Assembly: GCA_964057225.1 (NCBI GenBank)
Contig: OZ059894.1
Location: forward strand, 9,548,001 to 9,612,000
Direction: 5' to 3'
DNA: 64,000 nucleotides
Source: Auanema rhodensis
Lineage: Eukaryota > Animalia > Nematoda
Shown here: positions 38,481-52,955 of the stretch, piece after piece
How the letters are laid out: the number at the start of each line of letters is the position of its first letter
How positions within the stretch are numbered: the first letter of the stretch is position 1
Translations under genes and position numbers: made by a program
The notes under the pieces: model-generated
What the model was told of the DNA's origin: nothing
Database searches by the model: none
Seen by the model: the letters and a program-made list of their open reading frames with translations, nothing else

Positions 38481-41400
38481 CGAATAGCCTGATATCTGGC
38501 TAGCACAGAAATTAATAGAATGAGAGTTAGATGGTGGATGATAGTCAACCAAAACCCAACACACTCGGTATAAGCTGATCAGCTAAGGCTGTAAATGTAT
38601 CTGTGTTGAGAGATGAGGGGTGGGGAGAAGCTTCAGCTATGGGCTGACTTTCTCTCTCTTCTCCAGAAAGGGCTTGGGTCCAGTCGGGAAGCCAGCCAAA
38701 CGCCTGTAGATGACCACGCCTACTGTCGATCTGTTTCTCTCCCAAATCTCTCTTTCTTTCCGCCTTTTTCTCTTTTTCTCTCATTTTTCGCCGCATATAG
38801 TAGTATCCTGTCGATGTGGCTGTGCGTTCATCTTCATCCTGTGTGAATATGCGTTATGGACTACGCGCCATTCAAACACAGAGGGATTCTTGCTGACGTC
38901 GCCGTCGGAGAAAATTCTTCAACATGATGAGAAGTGGGGAATGGAAAAGGCACCCGAAAAGAGACGTGGAGGTTGAAAGAGGAAGATCAGAGAGGATGAA
39001 ATAGGCAGACAGTCCAGAGAAGATATGACGAATTGAATGTCTGAACTCCGATATTAAGGAATCATTAAAAGAAGAAAATCAACATCAAGCAAGGCTAGAA
39101 TGAAATCGGTATTTTCACCCACTCCACGGCAAACATATGAATTCCCTGATTTTCGCTTTCCCAAAATGTTTCAAAAACATACTGAAGAAATGAAAATAAC
39201 CCGAATTCCGATTCAAAGACATATACATATATATTCAAACATGAATAGGATATACGCCAGATTTGGCATGTTCAGGATTATATTGATGATTCAGTCAGTC
39301 AGTCAGCCAAAGTACATTGAGAGATTCATCTATTCTAGTCGTTCAGATATCTGTATCTTCTAGTTCCGATACTTCTGATTCATCATCACGAACGTCAGAG
39401 GCAAAAGCTTATGAGAATCAGAATTGTTTTATTGATTCTATGCTGTCAAATGAATAACGAGGAAAAGTAGATGACACGAAAGAAAAAGCTGAGGATGAAC
39501 GGATAAATGAGTAGTTTTGCAGCCAGAATCACGTTCATCAGAATCTATGCAGATGATGATGACATACGATATATTCCGAATGAACATTGTAAATTACACA
39601 TATAGGATACATACATATATGTATATACGTTATTCATTGTTTTAATTAATAAAATGCAACAGCTAGTTACTTATAAATCTTTAAGAAAATTTAATTCATA
39701 AAACTTAAACCAGCTTGTTTTTCAGCTTAACTATATACATGTGAAACATAAACATAATTAGTCTTCAAGGATGATTAATAGATTTGATATAGTTTGCTGT
39801 CATTCAATAGAATCGTAAACATTTTATTTACTTAACTATCAATGTTATTCTTCACTTTGTGTTCCAGCAACGATCTAGCAGCATGCTTGCATCCATGATA
39901 TTAGACAGTTGTGAAGATTCAGATGCGCCAATTAGATGTCGCGATGTTTGGATTTTCTCACAGCTATCTAGCATTGTCCTTGAGCATCATATGTGATGTC
40001 ACATCATCGTATATAGCTATATGTAATGAATCACACTCATCTAGTTGTAGCTAAATGCCGTTTGTTGACATCATCACATCATGACAATGCTTTATGAACA
40101 ACACTCTCACCAGCTTCAAATTTGGCTGTTTTAAACCGTTTCTCGGCTCTGATCACCGAAAGCTGGCAAACATCAAGCTGGCCAGTTTTTCGTCGCCATC
40201 TTTGAAATTGAAGCAAAAAATACTTTTTTTTCGGCCAAACAACAACAGGTTTAAACTTTTAACGAATATGCCGTTACGCTTTCACTGAACATCAGTGAAG
40301 CAGAACATTTTTTTTGTTTGATTTTTATATTTCTAACACTTTTTTTTCGTTAAAAACATTAAAATCATATAATTTAAGATGAGAAAAATGGATAAATTTT
40401 TACCTGTATCATCATTCGGACCCTTTTAAACAAAAAAAATGCCCGAAGAGATTCACTTTTGATCTGGAACCGGGTGATATACTGAAAGGGATAAACAATT
40501 TTTCTAAGATTAATGGAAACAACTATAGAATAGTATTATCACATAGTCTATTTCACGATAAGTTGTAGTTTTATGATGAAAACTTTTCGAGCTTGTGAGA
40601 AATGCTGTATTACTTTCATCTTGAAACAAAAAAACTTGAAATCTCAGCTACTACCGCACCATGACATGTCAAACAATCTTTTGCAAAGGAGATCAGAGTA
40701 GTTTTCGGCCGTTAAGTACAGATGAGCGAGGATATGTTCAGATCTCAAATTTCTAAAATCGTCGTCAAACTGTCTGCTGTTTCCAGTTTTACAGTCTAAT
40801 ATCCTCATCTGAGATTTAAGTTATTCGATGAAGTTGGTCCAACGTAAACCTATGGTGTCTGTTAGCATCACATGGTGATATTCCTGACGATTCTCTGTGT
40901 CTCACGGCAGTACAGACATCATGACGGACAGATGAACTAGACCAAGGAATCATTTCCGTATGATCGAGACGTTCGTCCTTCTTTGTTGAGATGATAGATC
41001 GGATTGATCCTCGGATGAAAAAAGCCTTTAGTTATCTCGAAATATTCTATAATCAATCTCTCTATAGAATATTATGATTTCGTATTCAAAACTTTCATGA
41101 AACTCACATCTTACTCATCCTTCATCAACAGATTGTACAGGTTTTTGCAAATTCAAATATCATTTTCAATTTCATTGTCTTCAAATGCTTTTCGCACATT
41201 TTTCAAATGCCAATACAGCGATTAATTCATGAGACTGTATTTCAAAGTGCAACATGTCTGGTGCTTGTGTCAGCTAATCAGACGATGACGATGTATCGCC
41301 ATTGGAAACCTCTTTCTTCCCAGTATCTGTCTCTCTTATTTCATTTCAGTATCTCTATACATAGCCTCAAGCCCATGGTGAACTCTTAGTATCTCTTATC

Positions 41401-42179
41401 TGCCTTTCTTTACGAACAATCCACCACGCTACGGGTGAATGAACATGAGATACTGAGAGGCTTTAGCAATTTCTTTTCTGGACAGGTTTTCTCGGCTACT
41501 GTCGACATGTACATTCCATCCAGTCCATACAACTTGCTTATCATCTTTCCTCTCAGCATGATCATTCACTCATCAAACACAATTACCTTAATACAAGCTT
41601 GGAGCCTGTGTTTTCCTATTTGTAGCTCAAACACACCTCACTAAGATGAAACTTTCTAATAAAAAAAAAAGAATGACATTCATAAGCACTCGACTGTAAC
41701 AGGAGAAAGTAAAAATTGCCGTGACAACTTAAGTTACACTTTCACTTCGCACTAATCCGAAAGCATCCGACTCAAAAAAAGATTTTTCGACATATCCTCT
41801 CTGGCCAATATTCCTTTAGAAAGGGATGCCTATGTGAATATGGCTGATGTGATAAGAAATCCTTGCGAATGTAATGAAACTGTGAAAGAACAGGATTACA
41901 TCGTCTATGAGACAATAGACTACATCTCATAAAATAACCCGAGAATACACATCACACACGAATCATTTTCATTATTTAGATTTAAATAAAGATAAACACT
42001 TTAAAAATATCTTACATGATGCTTCTTTAGTTATTTCTCTTTTTTGCCGATTCTGCGGGCCCGGGATTAAGATGGTGCATCAAAAAAGATTAGAAAATCT
42101 TTTTTATAATTTGTAAAAACAAATGTGAGAAGAAAAACAAAAAACAAACAAATTCAACAAAATATGAACGGTTTCACGA

Positions 42180-44836
42180 CTACTTGACTTTCAAATAGCA
42201 AATTGACGCAGTTGGTGAAGAAAAAATCAAGATGATTAGACTGCTTCTAGCAGAATTTCTGACTATATTTTCAATGTTTTCATCTATTTCCGCAACCAAG
42301 GCTGGATCGGCAGGAGAACTTGAAGGCTCCGATAGCAGCTCACCTTCCTCTCGTTCATCTTCACCACCTTCAGTTACATTACGCGGTTTCTGAACAAGTA
42401 CTTATACAAACTTCTAAACCATGAATCAAAACCTCTTTGATATTCTTAGCATAATCCATTTCGAAAAAGGCCAAACCATAATTCAATACTTCCAATGATA
42501 AATCCTGAATAAACTCTGATATGGGCATGTCGGATGGTTTAATCCTCTTATCGAAACTGCAAAAAAATGTATGATATATAGCAATATAATCCAGAAAACT
42601 TACAGTTTAGTATTGTGAGATGAAAGCTCAACAGGGGGATCGAATCCTATAAGCACATTTTTACTCGATTCATTGAGATAATAATGTAGAGATCTATATT
42701 TCATGCTAGTATCGATTCTTAAACTGGCACTATAAAGAAAACAAATGTAAGGTTATAACTAAAATACAAAATATACTTCCAATCAAAACCATTTTCAAGA
42801 GGCTCTAATGGGTCTGCTCCAAGACATTTGACACATTTGCTAGGAGGTGAGATCAAACATTGGCAATTCGGAAGAATACATTCAATATTAACAACAGAAC
42901 CACAAGCACAAAAACGTCTGAAAGCAATTTACATACAAACCTTTTCCAAATATTTCAATTAAATTCTTACTTTTTAGGTTGATTTAATTTTTGTCGTTTG
43001 TGAGGAATTTCGTCTTCATCTTCACTATCTTCTGATTCGCCACTTCCTTCAGTCTGCTTTTTCGTTTTAACATATTCATCATAATCCCAACCATAACGTA
43101 GATTACCAAATACAAGTCTGAACAAATAATTGAAATTAAATAAGAATAAACAAGATATAACCCTTTCTCCAACTTCATATTAATCAAATCCATAGCAGCC
43201 ATGGCATCTTCAACTGAGCAGTGTCCTCTTTTACTCTAGAAAAATCAAAAAGATGAACAACGTTATGAAACTATTTAAGTACCTGAATATCTTTATTGAA
43301 AAATAAAGACATTAGATTCTTCAAACTACTTTTTGAACGTGCAACCCCAGAAAGATTATAAAGTAAAGCGACATCTATACAGTATCTATATATTTTGCTT
43401 TTGAAATATTAAAAACAATTTGAAGAACATACGGATGTGCCAATCCCATAGCTTTCAAATCGAATTCCAAAGAATGGCCGCAGAGAATGGCATCAGGAGG
43501 AAGACAAGCTTGTATAGCCTTTTGGACATCTGAATAATAAAAATTTTTAAATTGAAAGGTACGAACATTAGCCTAACCTCGAAGAGTAGTATTCACATCT
43601 TCTAGCATTTCTTTAGTAATACCCGAAAACCTGGTAAGATAATCCTAGAAGAAAATAAGAATTAAATAAAATTTGGAAGGATAATTTACAGTAATTTCGT
43701 TGGCAGGTTTCACCAAGGAATCGATTAATACAGTTCCATCTTCCCGAATCTTAAATTATTTTTAAAATCATATAGTCATCAAAATTTAAATTAATAATAC
43801 CAAAGAAACCCGTGTTAATTCATGCATTTGAGCAGTTGTAATACACATTTCACAATCTAAGGCATACAAGGGAGAATTTTCCGTTACAGGAGCATATCTA
43901 AAAACAGAATTTAAAACTAAAATATTTGAAATTTGCTCACTTTTCTTTAGTTGCAATATATTTTCCATCAGGGAAAGGATAACTGTTGTCAACCATATCA
44001 GACGAGGTTATTAAAAGCTGTTCTTTAAGTGTAGCACGATCTTTGTTATTTGAAGAATTTAACGAACGCCCCAACTTAAAAAAAAAATTCAAAATGAGAA
44101 TAAACCAATTAATAATGAAATCTTACTCTTATTTTCTCCTTTATTTGTTCTTGGAGAGATACAGGAACACGGAAAAGATGAGACCAAAATTGGTCTCTTT
44201 CACTCATATTACTACTCATTCGAATCCATTTTTTAGAGAAAAAATCATCAACAAAATTAAAAGAATAATCATTACTTTCCTGAAAGTTTTAAAAATCATA
44301 AAGGCAAAGAAGTACAAGAACGAACTATATATTCTGTAGAGCAATTTACACGAATAACTACAGTTTGAGAAGTGCTTCTCCAAGGTCTAAAGTAAGCCCA
44401 TCGTGGCTTTTGAACCACAGGGCCTATCACAGAATAATGAACGAGATCTCTTATTTCTATAAAAAAGAAACATTTAATTCACAGAATAGTAAAAGAATAA
44501 ACAAACCTGGATGCGATAAGTAAGCTCCACCCAATCTTTCCATACAAAGCGTGAGGACAGGGCCAGTTTTTTGCTGACGAGCCGCTGTTAGTTTCTTCAT
44601 AACTGTCCTCGTTATATCTTTGACAACTTCTTCATCTGAAATAAAGCACAAAATAAATTAAAATCACAATAATAAAAAATACTTTCAGGTTTATCTCCAT
44701 CTATATCAATGGCATTAGTTGCCTCAGTTTCAATGTCTTTTGCTTCGCCTTCGGTTAATTCACCCATCAAAAAGAGTTCATTGATCTTTTTTCTTAAATT
44801 CTGTAAATTTCTTTTTTTTCGTTTGAACTCTGCCAT
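42180..44836 (-). CDS. DEDDh 3'-5' RNA exonuclease (REXO1/REXO5-like)
   Basis: ExoI LYALDCEMC, ExoII ILCGHSLEFDLKAM and ExoIII GHCSVEDAMAAM, plus DYLTRFSGIT. Catalytic residues appear intact. Confidence 0.92.
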
Positions 44837-45300
44837 CTAAAATTTAAATATGATACTAATTATATAAGATAAGATAAAATAAAGAAAAAGCTACTCAGTA
44901 AGGCTAATATTGAAAGATCACCATGGTTTATTTTCGCATTGTAGCACATAATGCAAAATGAAAAAAAATTTATTGAAGAAAAGATTCAAAATCACTATAA
45001 ATTATATAATTATACCCCGTTTTAACATATATTCATAAAAAATTATATAAAGTGACTATACTTTAATTTTCCATCATAATCATAGTTATTTGATTATGCA
45101 TGCCAGTTTTAGGCCATATCATGTATACGATTTGTACAAGTTTTTTGAGAACGAGACGAGTTTTGACTGTATATTTTCCGTTTTATTTGTTCTTCATCAG
45201 TACACACTCCGTTTTTCTGTTCAAGAGACTTAAAGGGTTGGATGGTGTTTGCGGTAACAATAACACATTGAAGATAGCAACTCTCAGTAGTTTGACCGTC

Positions 45301-45372
45301 GGTTCCATGGTGTAGCGGTTAGCACTCAGGACTCTGAATCCTGCGACCCGAGTTCAAATCTCGGTGGAACCT
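45301..45372 (+). tRNA. tRNA-Gln(CTG)
   Basis: Canonical GGTTCCATGGTGTAGCGGTTAGCACTCAGGACT CTG AATCCTGCGACCCGAGTTCAAATCTCGGTGGAACCT. Confidence 0.97.
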
Positions 45373-46305
45373 TAAGTTTTTGCATTTCTTTAAACGTTAT
45401 ATTTATTGCCTTTACTGTATCTAAGATCGAATCGAAGCTCAAAATCATCTTGCAAAGTTCATGCAAGCGTGAATACAAAGTGACACGGATGTCATTTTTA
45501 AACATGCGGAAGCTCGATGCGGTTGTTCCCTACCATTTATCTATACAATCTCAAATATAGCTCATATTTATCGCTTTAGTCTCTAGTTCTCCGACAAGAT
45601 TGTACATGTCTATATGTATGTATATTCCCTCAATTTGCCTATTTCACTTTCTTTAAAACTAAAAACTATTGAGCTTCAAACAAGTTGTCAATTTCATTCA
45701 TCTTACATTGGTATTCTTTCTCTTTTCTTTGTCTTTCGTTGCGTTTTTTAGATATTATCGTCAAATTCACACGTTTTTTTTATCTGGAGGTTATATCTCA
45801 AGTTTCGTTTAAGATAGGATAGACTTCTTTAGTCACTGATATTAGGCTTAACATATGATTGCTGGATCAGAGAGTGTAAGCCTAGTTGGTTGGTTATTAG
45901 CTATTGCAGTTTGTTATAGATACTCGATTGCTATCATTGTAAATCTTTTAGTAATTACATCATTCATTCAAGAGCCGGTTCATTAGTTGAACAGTGCAGA
46001 GCGCAGAGATGTTAGATCAGCTTCAACTGATTTCTATCAAGCATTAGCAACATGTTATATCGGATTTCTAATATTCTGGAAGGAATTCTTTGATCAGGAG
46101 AAGATGTTCAGAATCGCATTGTTTATATGTTTTCTGTAGCTTTCCTGTCGTGTCACTTGTCTCGTTGTCAACCGATCATCATTACAATTCCACGGCGGGA
46201 TTGTCTTCATAACCAGTTACATCTTAGGATTGTTCCTTATAGCTTCGCGGATCTTCCTTTCGAGCCAGAAGCTGCTTCTGCTGTATTCAGAAACGCTCTT
46301 TCCAC

Positions 46306-48572
46306 ATGAGGCTGCTCAAGGTTTATCAGTTAACCATATTTATCATGTTACTAATTTATTTTAATTTTAGTATTTGATTTTGTTAAGCTCGACCGTTACG
46401 CTGGGCGTTATAGCCCGGACAGGTGAGAGAGCAATATTTTTCTATTTTTCAGTATATATTCTATTTAATATCTAGTATTCGTATGAATTATATATTATTC
46501 TATATATTATAGGTACATCTAGTTCTGATAAATCTGTTAATACATCCAAAAAGTTACAAATAGCAGGTAATTTCTATTATCTGCATCATGAACTTTACTC
46601 AACATCCAACTTCTAAATCTTTTAGCGTGCTCGGCGGGTGAAGTTAGGAAAACTTGTCGCTCAAAATGCGAACCCACATGTTTCTCTAGTTCGGTAAGTT
46701 CTTATTAAACTTTAAAATGTTTTCTACGTTGACTGTTATATTCAGAAATGTTCAACTGTTTGTACTTCTATTCCTGTATGTGTATGCCAGGATGGCTTTG
46801 TAAGACATGAAGGCATCTGCATTCCTCAACCAGCTTGTCAATTCTTTGCTAGGGCAGTCAAAAAGAGTCACAAGGTTGTCATAAAGGTTTTTTTGAAATT
46901 ATCATTCAAGCTTTTCCTATTCAGCGGTCTTCTTCAAAACCAAAAAAGATAAAACCTACCACGAAAAAACCACAAAAGAGAAAGCCAACTACACCTAAGA
47001 CAACTCTTGCTACTGCTCCACCTGAGATCATCGTCAAGCCAGATCATCCACCACCAAGTAAGTTTTTCTCTGTTTCACTATTTCAAAGATAATTTTTATC
47101 TGCTACATCTTCATTTACATTGCTATTACTTCAGGCTGTGGAAAAGGTCAAGCTTTCACCTTATGTGTCTGCGATGCTACTTGTGAAAAAGGAAAGGTAT
47201 TCCTTATATATTCTCTTAATAGTCACTCTGAACGTATCCTTTAAGGTATGTAAATCTTGCAAATCGGGTTGCGGATGCTTCAGACACTTCGTTCGAAATT
47301 CACACGGACAGTGCGTAGCATTCGAGGAGTGTCCTTTACCTCGTTCACCATTCGTGAGTGTTTCCTTCAGATTTTTTTCAGACTCAAAAATATTTCAAAA
47401 CATCATGCTTAAGCCATATAATTGATTTTTCATTGGATTTCGAATATTTTCAGAAACCTGTGGCAATAATAGCTGAAGAAAAGACGGGTGGTTCGTTATC
47501 ACAATAACTATGCATGGCAACATTTTTTGTTTTATATTCTCACTCTTGTTTGAGTTTCTGTTTAACACAACTAAATAAATTTTCCTTTGAACTGACCGAC
47601 TTCTATTTTCTATTCAAACAATTTTAATTTTAACTTTACTTTTAATTTCATTCAGGAATTCGAATCGAAGGATCTAGAACATTTCTTTTGAGTCCTGAAC
47701 GTTTTGGTAGCCGGATGCATCACTTCGGATCGAGATCAGAAGCTAGTCGAACTATCAATATCAAGTCATTCAGACATGCAAGATCAAATCATACGTTCAA
47801 TAGGGATACACTGATAGACAAGAAATCTCAAAGACATTTTTTCACTTCCTCTGTGTTATCGAATCCTGTCTTGTTCAGAGGATTCTCTGAACTAAGGCCA
47901 ACGACTACTGCACGTCCTCTCAGCACTAAAATTATTTTCTCGGATGTACTGGGAGCTCTTCATCGTAATTCAACAGGAACATTTGCTCATGTAACACAGA
48001 CACCTATTATCAAGCCGCCAGCATTCGGTTTTTCACGTAGACATCATCATCAAAATGAGAAGTTCCGTCATCAAAGCGACAGGTCCCGTCATCAAAATGA
48101 GAAGGCTCATCTTCGTCGACATCATTCATCACGTCCTTCTTCAGCGCTAACTATGCGTATAGTCAAGAGAGATAAGAATCCTAGCCTCGCATTCATTCCA
48201 AATAATGAAAGTGATGATCAGAAGAAACAGGATTTCAAATTTTCAAAGGACCTATCCATTCCTCTTGAACCGCCACGTGAACTGATAAATAAGCCTACTA
48301 AGGCAGATAGACCGTTATTATCGGACACGCCGTCTAATAATATAGTCCATGAAAACAAATTCGGACCGGTTCCTCCACCACGAGTGAAAAAACTGAAAGA
48401 GAAATTGAGAGGATTGCCTCCAGGAATAGCTCCTCCTACAGACTTTGGACCACCAGCTATGACGCCATTCCTGTTTTTCCGTGAGCAACGTATTCATCGT
48501 AGACAACAGAAGCTTCAGAAATTGAAATCAGAAATGCCATGGTTGGCGACGGCGATGGAACGAGTCAAGTAA
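46306..48572 (+). CDS. Secreted protein with two TIL (trypsin-inhibitor-like Cys-rich) domains and a basic low-complexity tail of about 300 aa
   Basis: Signal MRLLKYLILLSSTVTLGVIA. TIL1 CSAGEVRKTCRSKCEPTC...CVCQDGFVRHEGICIPQPAC, Lys/Pro/Thr linker, TIL2 CGKGQAFTLCVCDATC...CGCFRHFVRNSHGQCVAFEEC. Large last exon (ORF 47688-48572). Confidence 0.85.
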
Positions 48573-48750
48573 TTCGTAAGCATTCGTATGTAAATCAGGA
48601 GCTGGGTGCAATTTTTCATCGATTCTAAACGTCTATTGAAATTGACGTTCGCTTATTATATAATTTATTTTTTATTTTAATAATAGGAACTACTTAATAA
48701 AAACTTTTTTTATTTTTTATTTGAATTATTGTTTTTACAAAATATTTACA

Positions 48751-51700
48751 TTAAATTCCAAGTCTACTGAAGAAACTTCTGAAATTTCAACGAATTGCCC
48801 TTCTTATTCAAAATATTATGAACTTACTTGAACTTGACGCGAGTTTTATCTTTTTCAGTACCAGACGATAAGCTAGTTGATCTAAGGCTTTTCATTTCCT
48901 AATAAAACTTGATGATTTAACGTCATGATAAATGAAATAAAACCTCGAATTGAGATGATATGTTAGTGAAACTCAAGGGATTAGCTAATGCTCTACTGAA
49001 AACAGCTTCAGTCTTTTCTTTAGAATATGGATCTGCTAAATCACCACGTAATACTAAATATAATTAATTATATGAATTATTGTATAAAAATATTTATACC
49101 AGCAGTACTTTTAGGCATATTATATGATACATCAAATAATATACATAAAGATGCTGGACCAAAGTTATTATTTCCGGCTGATCTCAGAATCACATGTCGA
49201 TATCCTTAATATAGACATTTTACAAGTTATATCTTTTTTTTTTTTTTTTAATTATTTACCATTGTTCAGCTTATCAACCATTAAAACTCTATAAGCTATC
49301 GGAATATTTTCACCTCCGTTTCGTTTATGAACTGTAAATCGTATAAAGGCCAATTCAGACAACATGATCTAAAGATTAGATATAAGAGGAATTGCTGATT
49401 GACGAAACAAATTAAATGTCAATTTTACATTTGAGAATTGAATTTGTTCTTCCGGATATAATGTTTTGAATAACATTTCCGGAGCTGATTTGCTGGAATA
49501 TATTGTTCGACCCTCTGTATCTATCAATTCGGCTGTAACTACAGTCGTAAATGATTCTTCTTCACGTGATAGTAATGATGAAAGGAAATAACCAGATAAA
49601 ATCTGAAAATAGATCAAATTTAATGAGAAAATAATGCAAAAGCAACCGAATAGTGTGAATTTAGTAATAAAAATGATAACGTCTATTCCACGTTGCTTAC
49701 GTGGTAGAGGGATTGGTAGGAAGGAGGAGCGGAGGGGGGGGGGGGTGGATATTACGTGAATGGCATTACCTTGATACGAAGCTTAGTTGGAATCATTTGC
49801 TTTACACCATGTTTAGCCGAATGTGGATCATAATTCAATGAAATATCTCGTAAAGCTTTTGATTTCAAAACATATCTATAAGATCATTTATCATTAATCA
49901 ATCTCTTCAAAGATATCTATACCCAGTTCCACCATTACTTTCAAACAAGGCTTGATTCAAAAGCATTTCTGCTCCATTTGTTTGAAAATTTAATGCAACC
50001 ATCTGTATTCCTAACATCCAAGCTCTCTAAAATTGAAAACAAAAATGAATGAATCTGAAACAAATCTACTGTACCATAGGATCAAAGTTATCAGATAAAA
50101 AACGAAAACTTGATGGATAGGCTCTAATCATTTTGCGGGAAGTAAATTTGATTGCTTTCTTTGAATCATTTTTCACATTTGTGATTTTCTTCACAATTTC
50201 CTCAGATAATGAACACATAACATACAATCTATTGTCAGCTAAAATTCATAGAAGAAACAGAATTCAGATGTGGGTTAGAGAACTTACGATTCCAATCTTT
50301 CGGCATCTTGTCAGCTTCCAAATAGTTTACTAAGTTTGAAAAGTCAACTGAAGCTTCATTTTCTTTCATCGGAGTTAATTGTGTTTCTTTTACCATTGGT
50401 CCCAATTCAGACATTGCATTCTAAAACTATTTTAAGATAGCTTTACAAACTTAGATTTTTATCGAAAGGTCAAGAAATGAACAACAAACTTGCCAAAGCA
50501 TTCAATTTCTCTTCATCCATATCGTCTGATGAATCTGATAATGATATAATGGATATCTAAACATCATCAATTATTCAATCAGTTAATGTTTTTGAAATAA
50601 ACCTTACGATCTGGGAATTCTTCTCCTTCTCTTGTTGGAGTTGAAGGTGTTTTACATTTCTTAGCTTTCACAATAATTTTGTATTTAAGCAGTTGAGGAG
50701 AAGGTGGTTCAACTCCTTCAAGAAGCTTAAAAAAACATAATTCTCTCATATATTTGAAGAGAATTCGACTAACTGGATGAGATTTTAAAGGTTCTGCTAA
50801 CAGTTTATCACCAAATATTGTTCGAAAGATTTCAGCCAATTTCTTCTGTTGTGAGTATTTCAGATGATTTTCAACGGAAAGAATAACTGGATAAGGTGAT
50901 GCTTTAAATGCTGAATCATTAATAGCATAACATACATCCTTGATTTCAAAAGAAAATATTAATAAATGAGATAATTTAGTATTTACCCTCAGTGGAATTT
51001 CATTCATTCTCATAAAATGCTGTGGACCATGTGTTACAACAGGCTCCGTATCCCCATCCCAACAGTCTAACTCAATACATCGACATCCAGATAATAAAAC
51101 CTGTAAGAGGTTATGATATAACCAAATAAATTTTCTCATAGTTTATATATTTCGATTGATTAGAAGCCATTTTTGCGTCTTTGTTGTATTATATTTCAAA
51201 ATATTTTATAGATATTATCAACTTACTTGTCTGTACATCTCAACATCTGCTTTGCATATGCTATGTTGGCTATTAGCTGTAAGCATTGCTGCACACTTTA
51301 ATTGAAGTCCTATAATCAAAATGTTTTTCTTAGTTTTCTTTTCTCATAACAAACTAACTACACAATAATCACAGAAGGAGAAGAAGAAGAAGAAGAAGGT
51401 TGAAACTGACCATAACAGTATGTGTTGTGAGATGAATTGATGTAATATTGGGTGATAGGCTTATCCATTTCAGCTTCATTCAATGTATAGTGACTGTTAC
51501 TGCTATCAACAACGTAATCACTCCATAGATAGTGCACGAATATTGGATATGTTATAGCTTCATCTGAAGAAACATGATGACAAAAGTTTTGTTCGGAGAA
51601 CAATTTACCTTCTTTGTAACCTAGAGATTTCAGGATTCTCTTCAAGTTTTCTAACGATAAAGGTGGATGGAGTATCTCATTGCGTCTCGGGTCTCGTTGA

Positions 51701-52955
51701 ATCTGTAAATGTTGCTAAATGAAAAGGCATCAAGGCATCTGAAACCTCATTGATGAAACGAAGCATAAGCTCATGGCTGATTGTGCTTGAAAAGGATGTT
51801 CTGAAATCATTTGTTTTATGATTCTATTACTTTTATTCGTGAAATTACTAACAGATTGTCAAAAATATTTTTCAATGGACTAGACGTAGCACCAACTAAT
51901 TCAAAAACAATCTCAAAAAATTTTATTGGATTTCTCAATGCAGCAATTGAGAAAAAGGAATCCTGAATAAAAGTTTTGGTTAAAACTTTAAGAAAAAAAA
52001 GCTATAAACCTTTCTTATCTTTTCAAAGTGCGCTTCTATAGATTGTTTGTCTATCATAGCTTTTGAATTGACACATACCTTAGCAAACCTAAAATAAAGT
52101 TTTTAACGAAAAAGATGCAGCATTCTTCAGCTTTGGTGCAACTTGAAAACTTATTTAGACAGAAACTGAAATTACTTACTTGCTTAGATTTATTTGTGAG
52201 CTTTCATTCATGTTCTTAGCCATTGTCATGCAGATTAAGGGAGTCCAAAGTTTTTCAACGTGATAAAGAAAGCCATGATTAGTCCTTCGAACACTATAAG
52301 CATGACTAAGTATGAACTTAGACCATTGTTCAAGCTCTTTCTACAAGCATAAGTTGTAATAAGTTAAGTTTTATATCTTTCTCAAATTACCTGATTATTT
52401 CCTATATACACAAATGTATGATATTGTGAATGAGTGAAATCTGTATTTGAAACAATCGTAATCAGATCACCAACTACTTTCACTTTTCTATTCTGTGTTT
52501 CTCTCGTCTATAATCAGATTACAGTTTTTCTCATAGACTACGACATTAAAATTCAAAAAAAATAGGATTGATCTACCATGTGTAACAATGCTTGATTTCC
52601 AAGTCTCACATCAACTATATCTTGGAAATAAATAAAACTTTTCACTTCAGCATGCTAAAGATTAAAGATTCAAAAATCAGGATTCAATACTGATTTTCCT
52701 TACGTCTAAATTGATTTGTAAAGTAAGATCATGGGTCCAATATAGAATATGTCCTTTAGGATCTACATGTAAGCTAACTCTGGACGAGTCAATCTTAAGC
52801 TTTTGCTCCTAAAAAAACCAAATATAGGAGACTTTATAAAGTTCATAATCAGTGAACTCATGTATATGTAGTGGAAATTATTTAAACAAATGTACCTCAG
52901 TTCCGGCAAACTTAAGAAAGGGTGTACCTTTCACAAAATAATTAGGAATTACCAT
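48751..52955 (-). CDS. plc-2: Phosphoinositide phospholipase C, PLC-beta-like without the C-terminal coiled coil (plc-2-like)
   Basis: PH/EF region with [14 protein letters not shown] box [38 protein letters not shown] box [16 protein letters not shown]2 domain, then a short tail. The PLC call is firm; plc-2 orthology is inferred from architecture. Confidence 0.85.

Noticed and set aside
40719-40811. CAGATGAG..GAGGATAT / ATATCCTCATCTG inverted repeat
   Set aside because: Interrupted, short, no target-site duplication or second copy in the window.
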